Positions 42,783 to 57,674 of a stretch of 64,000 bases of DNA are shown here, piece after piece. A model generated the notes under the pieces. That model saw only the letters and a program-made list of their open reading frames with translations. It was not told the origin of the DNA and did not search any database. The position numbers and the translations under genes are program-made. The stretch is from Octopus vulgaris. Its lineage: Eukaryota. The stretch lies in contig OX597814.1 in the NCBI GenBank assembly GCA_951406725.2, positions 149,730,001 through 149,794,000 of the forward strand, written 5' to 3'. Each line of letters begins with the position of its first letter. The stretch's first letter is position 1.

Positions 42783-42830
42783 GTCTCCGACGAAGGGATA
42801 TATAAAATATCCCGGAAACAGCAGTAAGAC
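42783..42830 (+). ncRNA. Type I hammerhead motif (U4C) within a TA-flanked cassette (~42600-42900)
   Basis: GUCU-CCGACGA-a GGGAUAU auaaa AUAUCCC g-GAAA-CAGCAG-UA-AGAC. Perfect stems I and II; stem III is one base from the palindrome CAGCUG. Confidence 0.72.
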
Positions 42831-43507
42831 CTATTTATAAATGTTCTGAAATCTTTACAGCCTTGGATCTTTATCTCTTTCTATAAAATTTAGTAGTCAT
42901 ATGTGAGCATATAGATACAAAAATATATATGCACGAGTATAAGTATATAATTAGTATATACATACATATAATTAATGTATATATGTATATACATACATAT
43001 AATTAGTATATACATACATAACTATGCGTACCCAGACATATATATTATTTGATATGTTTGTGAGAGAGTGTGTATACATCGTTGTGTGTATTCGTGTATA
43101 TGCGTTATGTACATGATACGTGCTTAATTAGTAGAGTGTAAGTCTATCACACTGCGGTTCTATGCATGTTCGTCTTTCGTTGCGTGAAGTATGTGCATGA
43201 TCCTGCATATGTGCATGTGATTGAGAGGTGTACGCGAATGTAGGAGAGCTAGATAGGTTGCATGTTCGTGTACCAGTGTTTGTGTGTTTGCGTTAATAAA
43301 CATATGTCGGCAAAAATTGTTAAAACAAAGAAGACAAAATTGAAATTAAAATTACATTTATATATTTTTTTAAAGATCATCGTGCATTTCATAGTTCATT
43401 CATGTCATACATACACAGCTTAGGGAACCAACCTAATACAAGTGCCAGTGCTCCTTTGCTCAGGGTTAGTGGATAATTATAGCAATTCTTGAACTAATAC
43501 AATTAAC

Positions 43508-43811
43508 TTATTTGTTCCTTCTCGAGCCGCGCCTGGCTCATAAGGGCCGGTTTTCCAGTTTCCTTGACGTATAATTTCCCCACCTGGATGGGACGCCGGT
43601 CTGTCGCAGGTGAGCTGCAAGTTGCAGGAGGAAAGCGTGAGAGAAAGTTGTTGCGAGTGAGTCAGCAGAAGTTCGCCGGTACCTTCTGCCGGAGCTGCGT
43701 GGAGCTTAGGTGTTTCGCTCATAAACACACACACCACCCTGTCTGAGATTCGAACCCGCGATCCCTCGACCGCGATTCCGCTGCTCTAACCACTAGGCCA
43801 TGTACCTCCAC
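43508..43811 (-). mobile_element. SINE family B, tail type ii
   Basis: Reverse complement of 10760-11050 with intact A and B boxes (tggcctagtggttagagc, ggttcgaatc). Confidence 0.88.
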
Positions 43812-45221
43812 ACATTTTACTTAGGTCCAAACAATTTTCAATTTGGATAGTAGTGATCGTTGTCGTTTTATCGCTTTATGCAACCATTTAAAGAAGTGCA
43901 GTCGGCTTTCACATTAGTCATAGCGCAAATATTTAAGTAAGACTGACGCTTTCCGCCCGAAGCAACAGTAAAAGCTGACTTCAGTCGCGAAGTTCCTCTT
44001 GTTGCTATTTCATAATGCCGCTATCGCAGGTGTACGAATGCTAGGTGACATTGAGTAATGAGAGAAGACACAATATATTAAGTGGACTAGTGTCTTACAA
44101 GCTTCAAACTGCCCGAGATCATAAACGTTTTAACTTTTTTTTTTGTAAGTCAAGGTATATCATCTGATGGAGTCAAGATGGGTAAGTTGCTATAGATATA
44201 ACACCTATTGAGGAAGAAACACCTGTCAATTCTTATTCTATTTTAAGCTGACAATCAGACTTCTTTCTCTTTTTCTGCAAATGTAAATCAATTTTGGAAA
44301 ACGCTAAATTCTAGAGTTGATTGCTTCTCACTTGAATTTGGTTGCAATTGCCACATGACCTTTCTTTTTGTCTATTCTCGAAGAAAATATAATTTCTATA
44401 GATAAAAGTTTATCTTGCATTGTTCTTCATACACATTTGTTCGTCCTTATGGTCTAGTTTCATGTTAGCGGTTATTCTGATATCGCTTAGTTCATATCGG
44501 CTTTATGCTTGCATGCATGTATGTGTGAATGTATGTATGTATGTATGTATGTATGTATGTATGTATGTATGTATGTATGTATGTATGTATGTATGTATGT
44601 ATGTATGTGATGGTGGTGGTGGTGGTGGTGGTGTGGTGTGCTTGCGTATATGTATGTATGAGTGCATGTGTAACTGGAAACGGAAACTTCATAAATCGTA
44701 AATACATACGAACAAATATTTAACGAATGATTCAACGTAAGGCACATGTTACGCAAACAACAACGCTGCGATCGTCACAACAACGACAGACAACATATAC
44801 GCGCACGCACACTTTGCAACAATACATACAAGCTTCTACACATTGGGTTTGCAATGTATAAGCTGGTGATGTAGGTCTCTCGTAGTCGAGAAAGACGGTC
44901 CTGCAATTCCTTTCTGAACGACTTTGCACGAATGACTTTTTCATAGTGATCTAATGTATCGCTATGTGCATTAGCTCACTCCCTTCATCAAAGTCATGTT
45001 GCTTGAACAGTGGCATTGTGAACCACAAGTAAAATAGTCAAGTGATCACAGAGCAACGTGAGAGGAAGTTTTTCACTGAAAAACAACACGCACCACCCTG
45101 TTCAGGAATTGAAACCGCAATCTCGAGATTGTGAGTGCAACACCCTAAACGCTAGGCCATGCGCTCTCATAATATACAAACTAACACTAGTAAAAATTGC
45201 ATAAACTAAGACTTGTATTGT

Positions 45222-45638
45222 TATTTCTTTATTGCCCACAAGGGGCTAAACACAGAGGGGACAAACAAGCACAGACAAAAGGATTAAGTCGATTACAACG
45301 ACCCCAGTGCGTAACTGGTACTTAATTTATCGACCCCGAAAGGATGAAAGGCAAAGTCGACCTCGGCGGAATTTGAACTCAGGACGTAACGGCAGACGAA
45401 ATACCTATTTCTTTACCACCCACAAGGGGCTAAACACAGAGAGGACAAACAAGGACAGACAAACGGATTAAGTTGATTATATCGACCCCAGTGCTTAACT
45501 GCTACTTATTTTATCGACCCCGAAAGGATGAAAGGCAAAGTCGACCTCGGCGGAATTTGAACTCGGAAGGTAGTGGCAGACGAAATACCGCTAAGCACTT
45601 CGCCAGGCAAGCTAACGTTTCTGCCAGCTCGCCGCCTT
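45222..45638 (-). mobile_element. SINE family C, 2 units (tail A twice)
   Basis: TSD taagacttgtattgt at 45207-45221 and 45639-45653. Confidence 0.92.
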
Positions 45639-46378
45639 TAAGACTTGTATTGTAGAAATCGCACAAACACTTCAAGAAACATATACACAGGTGTACACGA
45701 ACATACACAGTCTAAACAACAGCACATCTATGCATACCATTATGCATAGAAGGCATCACAAACTAAACAATGACATGAACCCACGCATGCGCACATACAC
45801 CACACACACTTACACCTGCTCACAAACACACATCGTAGCTGTCCATCCCATCCATACATCTAATTCAATATATGTTGGGTTCACAATCCATTCTAGCACC
45901 GAAAGAAACAAGTATACATATACTCCATAATAACCTGGCGATTACACATAGGTGTACAAGCATACAGATATTATTAATACATATTCTGCACGTTGGTTCA
46001 GATTTCCATCCTCTAAACACACCACCGCGACTTAATCATGCACGGACTTACTCATATATGCACATATATAATCTAAACACAATTACTATGCCTGACGTTC
46101 TTGTAGATGTGAAACATATCTTTTTGTCTGTTCCTTCCTGTTATTCGGCATTCGTCTTCTTCGATGTAGACTAACATGTCTATCATAGACATTTCTATTT
46201 TCACATTCCTTCCCCTTCCTTTACTTCCATATAATTATCTAACCTTGTGAAGAACTTAAGCTCAAAACGTCAATGTCATTTCTATTTCTTTGCCTCTCAT
46301 GGAGCGTCAAACCTTGGTCTTATTTCAACCTCATGTTCCCATTGTCGTCGTTACTTTTTAAACTCTATGTATATGTGA

Positions 46379-46450
<72 letters not shown>

Positions 46451-46453
<3 letters not shown>

Positions 46454-46741
46454 TATATTGGTACAGGACGTCACCAGCAGTGGAAATGACATGAAATACG
46501 CAAAATAAAACAGTGAAATACGTGAACTGGACAAGTAAACACATAGAAAACACCTTTCATCAGTTGTCGGCTGTCTATCTACTCCTCATTTCGAGCAACT
46601 GATGAAGGCTCTTTTCTCTGTGTTTACTTGTCTAGTTTTCAATTTTTTCTTGTTGTTCACGTATTTCACTCATTTTCCCCTCGTTTGTTTACGTATTTTA
46701 TGTTATTTGCACTACTGGTGAGGTCCTGCACCCATATATGC
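46451..46741. mobile_element. Fold-back cassette between (TA)n tracts
   Basis: Inverted arms gcatatattggtacaggacgtcaccag...ttcatcagttg and caactgatgaa...ctggtgaggtcctgcacccatatatgc; spacer 46567-46595. Confidence 0.8.
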
Positions 46742-46744
46742 ATG

Positions 46745-46907
<163 letters not shown>

Positions 46908-46946
46908 GAGATAGAGAGAGAGATGGATGGATAGATAGATAGATAA

Positions 46947-47021
<75 letters not shown>

Positions 47022-47119
47022 TAGAAATAGATATAGATATATATGTACATATATATGTATATATATATCCATATTATATACTTTTGTATATGTATATATA
47101 TACATACATACATACATAC

Positions 47120-47172
<53 letters not shown>

Positions 47173-47812
47173 CTAATTGCTTGCAACGGAAGCTGAATTA
47201 GTACCAACAGGCAATTTTTACACTCAGCTTAACTTGGATGACTTATTAGAACACCGAATTCTGCAAAAGAAACTTTGACACAAGCGCTTGATGCATAAAA
47301 ACAATCATAGTTTGTAGTAGAAGAGAACCTTCTGTCTGTTATGGGCACCCCTCCCCCATATCATTGGACATCATCAGTACCAGCATCGGGTCACTGCATG
47401 CCAAACAAATCTTGCTTCTAAGGTATATAGGATACAGCATTTTACAGCTACTGATGTCGCAAATAGCCTGATGGTTCGTTAAAATTTAATTATTAGCGAC
47501 TAAAGAAGTGTGAGTACAAGAAAACAATCTTTAAATTCCTGGAATGAGGTGACTGGACTCCTGCCGCTGATAATGTCTAGTAGAATGAAATACCGTGATT
47601 TAGAAATTCCGGGGCCCATAACTGACAATTCTCGTCTGCTACGATTTAGATGTGTCATTTTGTGCACCACGAGCCTACAAACACAGTATTCGGTGTTCTT
47701 CCAGTGTATATAAAATATATGTTTGTATACGTGTATGTATGTATGTATATATTTGTATACATGTATGTATATATGTATATGTTTGTATGCATATGTATAT
47801 ATATATAAACAT

Positions 47813-47854
<42 letters not shown>

Positions 47855-47859
47855 GGATG

Positions 47860-47925
<66 letters not shown>

Positions 47926-49043
47926 AACACAGACCTATGTAAATACATACGTTTATAAATGCACCATTAAGTATACATATATATGTAGAAAGAAGAGAAA
48001 GATAGAAGAGGTATACATAATCGGAATTAATGTCCCTATAAATAAAATTTTGCCTCTGTGGCTGTGCATGTTTGTGTGTGCGTATGCTTCTGTGTGTCTC
48101 TGTAGAAATGCGCATTATATAATGCATAAATATACAAATTTATTCATATGCATACAAGTATGTATATGAATACAAAATTCAATATAAGAAATTTTGTATG
48201 TAGGTATAGCTATTCATATCATATGCTTAAACACATTTATATATTTATATATCTTCTCCTTTACATGTTGATGTATTTACAATTACCGTTATGCACACAT
48301 TGATATCAAAGTGTCTATGTTTCCTGCGAAATCAACAATATTTTTTTACACGCCAATTCGCAGTCTATATATTGATATACTGTATCTTGTCTCATTACTC
48401 AATGTCAGCTAGAATTCTTACACTGGCGACAGCGGTATTATAAAATGGCATCGAGAGATATGTATAATATAAATTCTAAAAATATTAAATGCCTTTACAA
48501 ATTATCATTCTCCTTAAATATCTAGAGTATATTTTCATTTTATACTCTGTTATTATTTCACGTGATACTTGCAGCCTTTAAATTTACCCACTTCGGTACA
48601 TATGTACATGCACATATCTTTTGTTTTCTACTTGTTTTATTTATTTGACTGCGGCTTTGCTGGGGCACCACCATTTAAAATGCTGGAGTTCAACTGTATC
48701 GAAAAGATTACCAGTGGACGACTATTCATAGGTGCGATTTTACCAGCTACTTTTCCGCTTTGGGCCGAATCGATCCTGCTTAGACAACCTGGTCCTGATA
48801 AGCACCATATAGATGCCGAGCTTAGCGCGGACACATCCGATCGCCAAAGAAAACCGACTGCCGGGATTCCCATCCTCAAACCGGCCAACCAACCAAGCCT
48901 CAGAGTAGCTGGATTACAAGATCACTCCACAACTCCCCTGTATATATATATATATTAAGTAGCATTCACCAACTTAAACAAGGAGACAGTCCAGAAGAGT
49001 TACAGGAGATTCCGAAATCGTCTGGAGGCCGTGATCGAAACCA

Positions 49044-49083
<40 letters not shown>

Positions 49084-51279
49084 CGTCTGTGTGTGTGTGC
49101 GTGCGTCTGTGTGTGTGTGTGCAAATGTGTATGTGTTTGTGTGTGTGTGTGTCTGTGTGTGTGTTTGTGTGTGTTTGCATGTGTGTAACAAATAGGTAAA
49201 CTGTCGCGTAGATCCTGTGAAATATTGAATAGTCTGAATCCTATCCCTCAAGTGTTAGATATACTTAACGTTTTCTCGTGACCCATAAGTTAATTGGCAG
49301 ATTAGTATTAAATATGCGCACAATTTCGCGCGCGCACGGATACACACAAACACACGGACGTAAACAAACACACAAGCATATACACACATACAGCCACCAA
49401 CGTGCAACAACACTTGTCTGCGCATGGTAGGGACAAATACATTCGACAGTTAGCAATTAAGTAATTATAAAAGATAACAACTATAAAAAACACTCCCTTT
49501 GAGGAAAAATTTTATTTGATATGACATAAAGACTTCAATGTGAAATTTATGGGAAACAAATAATTTTAGGTAGTAATTTAAGCATTTTTAATTCACTGAC
49601 TTCTACTTAACTGTATTTGACACATCAAAACTACCTAACTATATTAATGACATTATCACGTTACGGTTTTGTATACGCAGCGTGTCTTTCCATAGCTATA
49701 AACGCCCTTATATAAAATTTATCATATTTACAGACGTATCAGAACAGAATCTAACTTGCTTGTATGGACTCACTGAAAAAAAAAATAACTATGTTAGTTT
49801 AATACACATTCATAAACAGTATTTCGCACTTCTATGAATGCACCTACCCGCTCATCACATCTTCTGTTTATTCATCTAATCAAATAGAAAAATAGAGAAT
49901 CGATTGAAACTGCTATCAGTCCATTACCATTCAGAGATAAAAACGAGAGCTTCATGACATCAATTATCTTGTGTGATTGTTTTCTTTAAATTACTCGCTT
50001 ATTAGAAAGATTATCTCGGAAAGTGGGGTTATAACGTACTTAGGTACTTAGCAGAAGTTATTGCTGCTGAAAGGTTTTGTATGGACGCCTATTTGCTTCG
50101 TTGCTATCCCAGTTTTCTATAATGAAAGAAAATCATTCGCTAGAAATGATATAGGAAAAGATAGGAAAAGTAATGATGAAGGCGAGAAACTGAACATTAG
50201 CGCCAAGATTTCTCTCCTTTATCAAGTTTTCGTTGAAATGTTATCACTGACTTTGATTTGCGATAAAATAGTAGTGGTGACAGCAATAATAACTACAACA
50301 ACAATATCTCAACATTTATAATCCAATAATATATATATTAGCGAGTAATAATTACAGAACGTCGTCTTTCGACTTTGATAGCAAATTGGTTACTTCAGTG
50401 AAGAACTACAATAATCTTGAAAGCCAAATTCTTAAATTGGAGATTTTGCAAAGAAGAAAATATATTGGTATATGTAAATGGCATATGGCAAACAGCTTAG
50501 CTAGCCCTATCGTTTCGTGATAAAGAAAACATTTCGCTTTGTCACTAAACAACAGAAGTGGGAGATAATTAACTAGCGAAAGAAACGAAATAAAAAAAAA
50601 AGTAGTCACCGAGTTTATCTAGGTTTTAGGCAATACTGATTGTTAAACCTACAATCATGACAAAACAAAACTAATAAGGAAATCATCACTTCCTGCAGTA
50701 ATTTTAGAACTAATCTTATAATCTCTTCTCATAATCAATATTCCTTCATACTGACTTATAAAGCAAAATTTAATTTCATATTTTGGCACAAATATCACAA
50801 ATTTCAGGGCTATATTCGTTTGAATAAACCCTACCATATTTGATCGACCTTGAAGCACAGCATTTTCTGCTAAAGTAATTTTTGCAGATTAACTTTCTAA
50901 TCTCTCTTGGAGTTTGGAAGATTAAACAAAGTTAACCCTGCTGAGATTCCACCTTACACTGTTAAGCAACATTAATAAATAATGTATAGCATGCATTATA
51001 TTTCCTAACTAAAATATTGAGCACACAGCAAGAGAACCTTTATGCAGTCGCTCAGTGTTCTTGAAATATCGCTCTAAATCACACCTCACCTTCAATAAGC
51101 AAAGTTTACCAACCACTAAAAGGTGGGATAATCACGGATGGAATGCTTGTAATCAAAGATTTACTGTCAGAGTTGCCCAACAAAATATCAGTTTTAATAT
51201 AGTAAAAATGTTTTTCTGTATTTTTGCTAAAAGTTAATTCACTGTTCTGAGAGCAATTTATCAACCATACTTGAACAAG

Positions 51280-51652
51280 TATAGTTGTGTGTTAACAAAC
51301 TTGCTTCCCAACCCACAGGATTCAATCCAACTGCGTGGAACCTTGGACAAATGTCCTCTACTATAACCTTGGTGTGACCAAAGCTTGTGAGTGGATTTGG
51401 CAGATTGACGCTGAAAGTAAACCGTTGTATATGTGTGTGTGTTTGTACCTGCGATTGTCCCCCCACCCACCGCCTGACAACCGATGTGGGTGTGTTTACG
51501 TCCCTGTAACTAGCGGCTAGGAAAAATAGACCGATAGAATAAGTGCCAGACTTTAAAAAAATATAGGCACCGGGGTCGATACATTCGACTAAAAATTCTT
51601 CAAGGCAGTGCCCCAGCATGGCTGCAGTCTAATGACTGAAACAACCAAAAGA
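51280..51652 (+). mobile_element. SINE family A
   Basis: actgcgtggaaccttggacaaatgtc...ggggtcgatacattcgactaaa...cagcatggctgcagtctaatgactgaaacaa. Confidence 0.82.
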
Positions 51653-52404
51653 TGTTGAAATACAAAACATATCAAGAAATAAGATCATGATTAGGATGTA
51701 CTTTATAGGGATCTATTACACTGGCAAAATGAACTTACATGTGGTAAGTATTGGTATTCATCCTCTGGACTCTGGTTAGCCCTGATAAAATCAACCAAAT
51801 GTTTCAGCAACCAGTTATTCTCGAATCCCATTGAAACCAATGTAGCATTCGTTTCTAAGTCAGAGAGATTTGAGTGACATTCAGCTGCTATTTTTAGTTG
51901 TTATAGTTACCACTTAGAAAGTTTTATTGTTAGATCAAAGACAAAAGTCAAAAGTATATATTACTTCTACTTATTTTATCAGTTTCCGACGGAGGAAAGC
52001 AAAAGTCTCTGGTAAAGAATTTCATCCCCGAACCTCGATGCACGAAGCTAAGCGCTGCCAAGCCTTTAGTCCACTGCTCCACTCTGTTTCTCTTTCATTC
52101 TGTATGAAAAGGAAAAAATAATAGTCTGTTAGAATAGTGTTCAGTCCTCTAGTGCATTAGGTTTCACACAAGCGAAGTGGAATTTCTAAAGTGGCTGGGT
52201 AAGTATCTCTTTCTATTTTATATTTCACGATCTGACATCAGTTATAACCATTCTAAAGCATCTTAGCTAATAATTATCTGGAAGCAATTTGATTAACTCT
52301 ACCAGATTTAATGTGTACATTACGTCAAATAAATAATATATGCAAACAATATAGAATATGAAGTTAAATTATCCATCTTGTTAAAGTATTCCTACATATT
52401 GTTT

Positions 52405-52839
52405 AGATCTTTTCCGTTTGAACGGCAGTTTTTCCAGCGGTGTCATATGAAATTGTCACCCATAATTATGACCCTGGTATCGATCTATTGCATTTCAATC
52501 TGTTTTAGGGTTAGGGTTAGTTAGGGTTAGGGTTAGGGGTCGGGGGAAGGGTATCTTTTTTTTCTTCACAAATGTAAATAAACACCAATCTGTTTTTTAA
52601 ACGAGGGACATATTCATACGACACAATGTTTTTTTTTTACCTCAATAGACGTCAGTGATTGGTTGAAATTGCAGAAATTGAAGAAAAAAAACAACAAATA
52701 TCTTACAAACTATAGAATTTTCTCAATAAAGCCAAGAGAAAAAGATGTTTATAAACACATTCTACCAGTATACGAAGTTTAAAACTTTTTAGTTACCTAG
52801 AAATTATGTTAAAAACTGCCGTTCAAACCGAAAATATCC
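52405..52839. mobile_element. Non-autonomous DNA transposon with ~29-bp TIRs, 8-bp TSD and internal (TTAGGG)n
   Basis: TIRs agatcttttccgtttgaacggcagttttt / aaaaactgccgttcaaaccgaaaatatcc; TSD tattgttt at 52397-52404 and 52840-52847. Confidence 0.85.
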
Positions 52840-55800
52840 TATTGTTTCACTCATTTTCTTTCACAAATATTCTACTTGACCTACTCTTGATTTAAAATGG
52901 TTAAAAGTTTCCTTTAAAAAATTATGATTGAAACCAGTTTTGATGTTCATAAACATTTTAAAACTTTGAAAATTATTTCATACACACTCTTTATGATTCT
53001 TCCTTTTCTTATTTTTCATTCCACCCACTCCCCATTTTTTCTTCTTTTCCTGGTGAATGATATCACCTAGTAGGCCGCATTAGTCAATGTCAAATACATA
53101 AAGTAGCGATGAAATTAATGAGAATTTGATTAATCACTTGAAACGTTTCTTTCGCCAAGCGAGTATTTCAAGACATGATGACTAACGGCCTATTTGAAAA
53201 TGGGTTAAAACAAATTTTTGCAGCCAACAAGTTTATGATAAATTATTTTGCTTAATATGACTGACAGATATAATCATACAGTCGTAGAATTAATAATCTT
53301 TTATATAAAAAAAAAAATTATAACAAAATGTTGTTGACGCCGATGTCAGTTGGGTCTGTAATATAACCAACTTGTGCTTCCGATCAATTTTAAGGTTTGG
53401 GGGAAAGTGTATGAAAGGAAATCAATACGGAGAGTATATTAGACTTATGACATACAGATATTACTTAACTAGTATGCTTTGCTAATATAAAGATCATCAT
53501 TTAATAATCTTCAAACATCTTGAGATAACGATTTCGACATATTTCATCTATATAAAGGCATTATTCGAGAAGACAGGTTTTTCTTCCTTGTCATATCCTT
53601 TTAACTTATATTAACAATATTTGAATACTAAAAAGATCTCATAAATAATCGACATAGAATGGAACGATAGATATCATCCGTGGAAATATAATCCTGATTT
53701 GTGATGAGCGTAGCTCAGTAAATTTTAACATCCTGTCATAAAACTTCAGTTTAATTTTTGTCTTATAATTTATTCAAGTGATGACTGACAGCCTAGAATA
53801 TATATTGACATAAGATTTACTCCTTTTAGATAACATCAATTATACAATATTCTCGGTATATAATATAAAGTAAGGAGAATATGCTAAAATAAGAGCGACC
53901 AGTGAAACATGAATCATGGTATTTTTAATTTGAAATTATGTTGCAGAGTCAAGACCTTCGTCGTTGTCATCATGATCATGATGATGATCATCATCATCAG
54001 TTGTAGCAGAAGCAATATTGTCACCATCACCGTTGTAAATCATTTAGGCCTGAAATTACTGTAGGCTATTGTCGGCAATCTTTAAGTGACCATCACCTAT
54101 TGATAATTTTCATTTATGTGTCTGGCACCTTTTTTTCAAGGTCTTTTGGATTATTTCCAGTTAAGGTTTTTATAGTTTCTATAAATGAAGTTAGAGATGC
54201 TTTGTGTTGCAGTTTGAATAGGAACATTAAATGGTTCAATCGATTTTCTTAATCATTCTAGCATAACACTACTTTTGTATCAAAATGGCCGTCGTGCAAA
54301 AGGATATTCATAGAATATGACCCACCACAGACTCCTCATTCTCGATACTCTGAAGAATTCACGAACAAGTAATTATCCACACTAGTCTGCAGTAAAGCCC
54401 ACTATTCGGGAGTGCAAAGTTATACCACTCTTAAATAGCGCAATGCCGATTTAGGGATGGTGTGTAATATTCTATTATTTTCTGTAATGTTACTTCTTTG
54501 GCACTGCACCTGTTTCTGGTAATGGATCGAATATTACAACGTACCATTTCTTTCGCTAATAATATTAATACATGAGACATTTTACAAAAAAAAAAAATCA
54601 ACAGGTTAACAATTTCAGCAGATGTTGCAAGAATAAAGATAGAGAACTGTTTACAGTCTACATCTACGAAAGACATCGTTGTCAAATCGTGTCAGTGGTA
54701 CATCTGTGCTCGTGGTCAATATATACGGCTATCAACAGACAACTCTATTTACATGTGTATATGAAGTTTCCATTTACATATGAAAATGAGGTTTGTAAGC
54801 ATCGTTTGTACTATAAATACAGTTTGTTGGTTACGATACAGTGATAGGTAATTTCCACGAGATAGGCAAATTCCACAAGAACGACACCTGAGATAGATCA
54901 GTTGTACTATCACCTACGTGACGCAACGGAAATCGGTGATAAGTATCGGCTCTAGTATTTTGGTGGGGGAGGGGATCTAAAAAGATGTGAACTACGTTCA
55001 CAGTACAGGAATGAGAGCAATTAGAAAATATTGTTTGTGAGTCTTATACAGTAATAAGATAATCTATCGCAGAATAAAATAAAATAGGGAATCATACTTG
55101 TTTATTTGCACAGGATTTTAATTACCAGCAAAAGAAATTAAAATTTGAGTCACATTTTTAAACAGTTTTAGGGAGACAAGTAGGAATAGCAAAAAGTTTA
55201 GATTGCAACAACGTGATTCTGGATTTGACTCCACTGGGGATATGTCGTCTGCCATAGCCTTGTGGTGGAAATTTCTCAGAGAGTAATAGTGCTGAAGATA
55301 TGGATGCCTGCAAAGGCATATTTTTGAACCAAGTTACTCGCTACATTTTTTTCGGAATCTTGTCACTCATGCCCTCCTAAATACAGTGAACCAGTGACAG
55401 GTCTGTTTAAATCCTGTAACGGTATTCTTCATTTATTGGCATATAAAATATAATTACTCATAAGATTCGACTAAAGGAGTACTTATTTCGAATAAAGCAC
55501 GCCGTTCACCAACTGTTTGATCGACACAATGGCACATATATTAGGAGAAGAATATAATCCATTACTAATACTTAATTACATCAAAGTAGGTTGATGAATG
55601 AAGGCCAAAGTAGATAGGATGGGATTCGAATCCAGAACGTTAAAATCCTGACTAAATATGGCATCCCTCTATTCTTTTTACTCTTGATTATTAAAACGGA
55701 ACTTATTTATATTTGGTAGTAAAGTTTATGAGCATATTTTATTGCTTTATATCGATTTCTAATTGTTTAATCATAACGGTATTTCAGAGCTTCGGTTCAA

Positions 55801-55908
55801 CCAGCTTCCATTAGACAAGATACAAATAACAATAATATTTTCCCTTCATCTACTCAGAAAATGTTGTTGTTTTTTCTTTTATTTAGAAGAAGTATTTATT
55901 CGCAGGAG

Positions 55909-56264
55909 TAAATGAGTCACAAATATTGGTTTCAGACTTTGGCAAAAGGCCAGTAATATCGGCGGAGGGACTAAATCGGTTAGAGCGATGCCAGTGCTTA
56001 AATGGCAAACTCAGAACGCAAAGACTGGCGGAATACCGCTAAGCATTTTACCCGGCGCACTAACGGTTCTGCCAGCTCTCCACTTTAAATGAGTCACAAA
56101 TATTTCAAATTTTGGCAGAAGGCCAGGAATTTCAAGGGCTAAATCGATTGCTTCGACCCCAGGGCGAACGGAAAAGTGGACCCCGGTAGAATTTGAACTC
56201 GGACTTTTTGCGTGGAGTGCTAACCATTCTGCCAGCTTGCTGCCTTAAATGAATCACAAATATT
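55909..56264 (-). mobile_element. Two decayed family C SINEs in tandem, bounded by three copies of a 19-bp sequence
   Basis: taaatgaRtcacaaatatt at 55909, 56086 and 56246; each spacer ends in the head motif taac..ttctgccagct. Confidence 0.8.
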
Positions 56265-57674
56265 AACGACTATTTAATCCCTATAGATGCAAGTAATGGC
56301 AATCTTACTATCACCACTAAGTGAATTTAAATAGTAATTAAAAATTTTATTGCTCAGCTTATGTTGTTGGGTTTTTTTAACGTTAGGAAAAGTTATTATT
56401 GTAAAGTGTTTGAAATTACATTCATTGTTTCCTAAAGAAAAATAAATGTACAGCCAATGCGATGGTAGGGGAATTGATACATGAGAAGAAAATTACGGCT
56501 AAAATAGTTAAGCCACCCATTAAACTTCTTTTGATGAACCGAGTTCATGACTTCTACCTCCATTGGCTCCGATCCATGTGTATAATGTTATTTTAGCTAT
56601 AAGTACAAAATTGTGTTTAAACTCTCCGACCATTACGTGTATGCAAGTGTACAGTGGTGTGCATACATATAGATACTTACATTCGCTTTCTTTTTCTACA
56701 AATTTCATTTTTGTCTCTCTATCCTTAGACTGCCTAATAGTTAGTCAGATCTGGAGAAAAAGAAAGAGTTGGGGATAAATGAAAAACACAAGCAGAAGTA
56801 TGTGCACAAGTTATTGTGTGAGTCTTTGTATTTGTGTGTATGAGTAAATTTGCGTAGGCACTTTCCAACGATATAACACATCATGAAAAAGCTAAGACAG
56901 CAAAATTATGCGTCTATGAGGTCGTGATTGAAGTGTGTAGATGAGATAAAATTAATAACTACAGTTACTAGAAATTCGCTATGCTTTGTGAAGCGGTGAT
57001 ACAAAATATCGTGCAAAAGGCGATATATCAGATAATTTTGATTTTACAAAATTCTATAATATTAAATACATCGCTGAATGTCTCAAAAAAACAAGCAAGA
57101 TTATGAATTTTAGGATCGCTTTTAAATGAGACGGTTAAGGTAACTCGGTACTATATGAGTGAAATAGTTAAAGTTACAAAAGTGAGAAACTTTTAGATTA
57201 ATGTGTTTTAGATTTACATAATGAATTGGACATGCATATACACAAATATATGCTTACACTTAGTGGCTACTATTAATTCCAGGCCACAACGGACAGAGAA
57301 GATTCTCTTGAAGCCATGAATTCGAGGTTACGGAGACAATAATTACATATCGCCTGAGGAAACACAACTATATTTCATAGTGCAAGGAAACGGTTGCATA
57401 ATCAAGTACCTGCATGCCTGGAGAACTGCGTTACATAGAAGCAATCGTTGTGATTGAAAATAAATGTCTAACCGTTGGAAGCAGAGGGTGAAACCTGAAG
57501 GTAGACGACCTTTATACTGTACTCGACTACGTTCTTAACAGAATATACCATAACTACATTACGTGTGTGTATGCGTTTGTGTAAGTGTGTGTGAATGTAT
57601 GCATGAAGGCACGAGGTCTAGCGGTTAGAGTGTTGCACTGACAATTTGAAATTCGTGGAGGCCTTTCTCTGATT

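Noticed and set aside
52505-52550. Telomere or chromosome-fusion remnant
   Set aside because: Only about five units, lying inside a TIR/TSD-bounded transposon.
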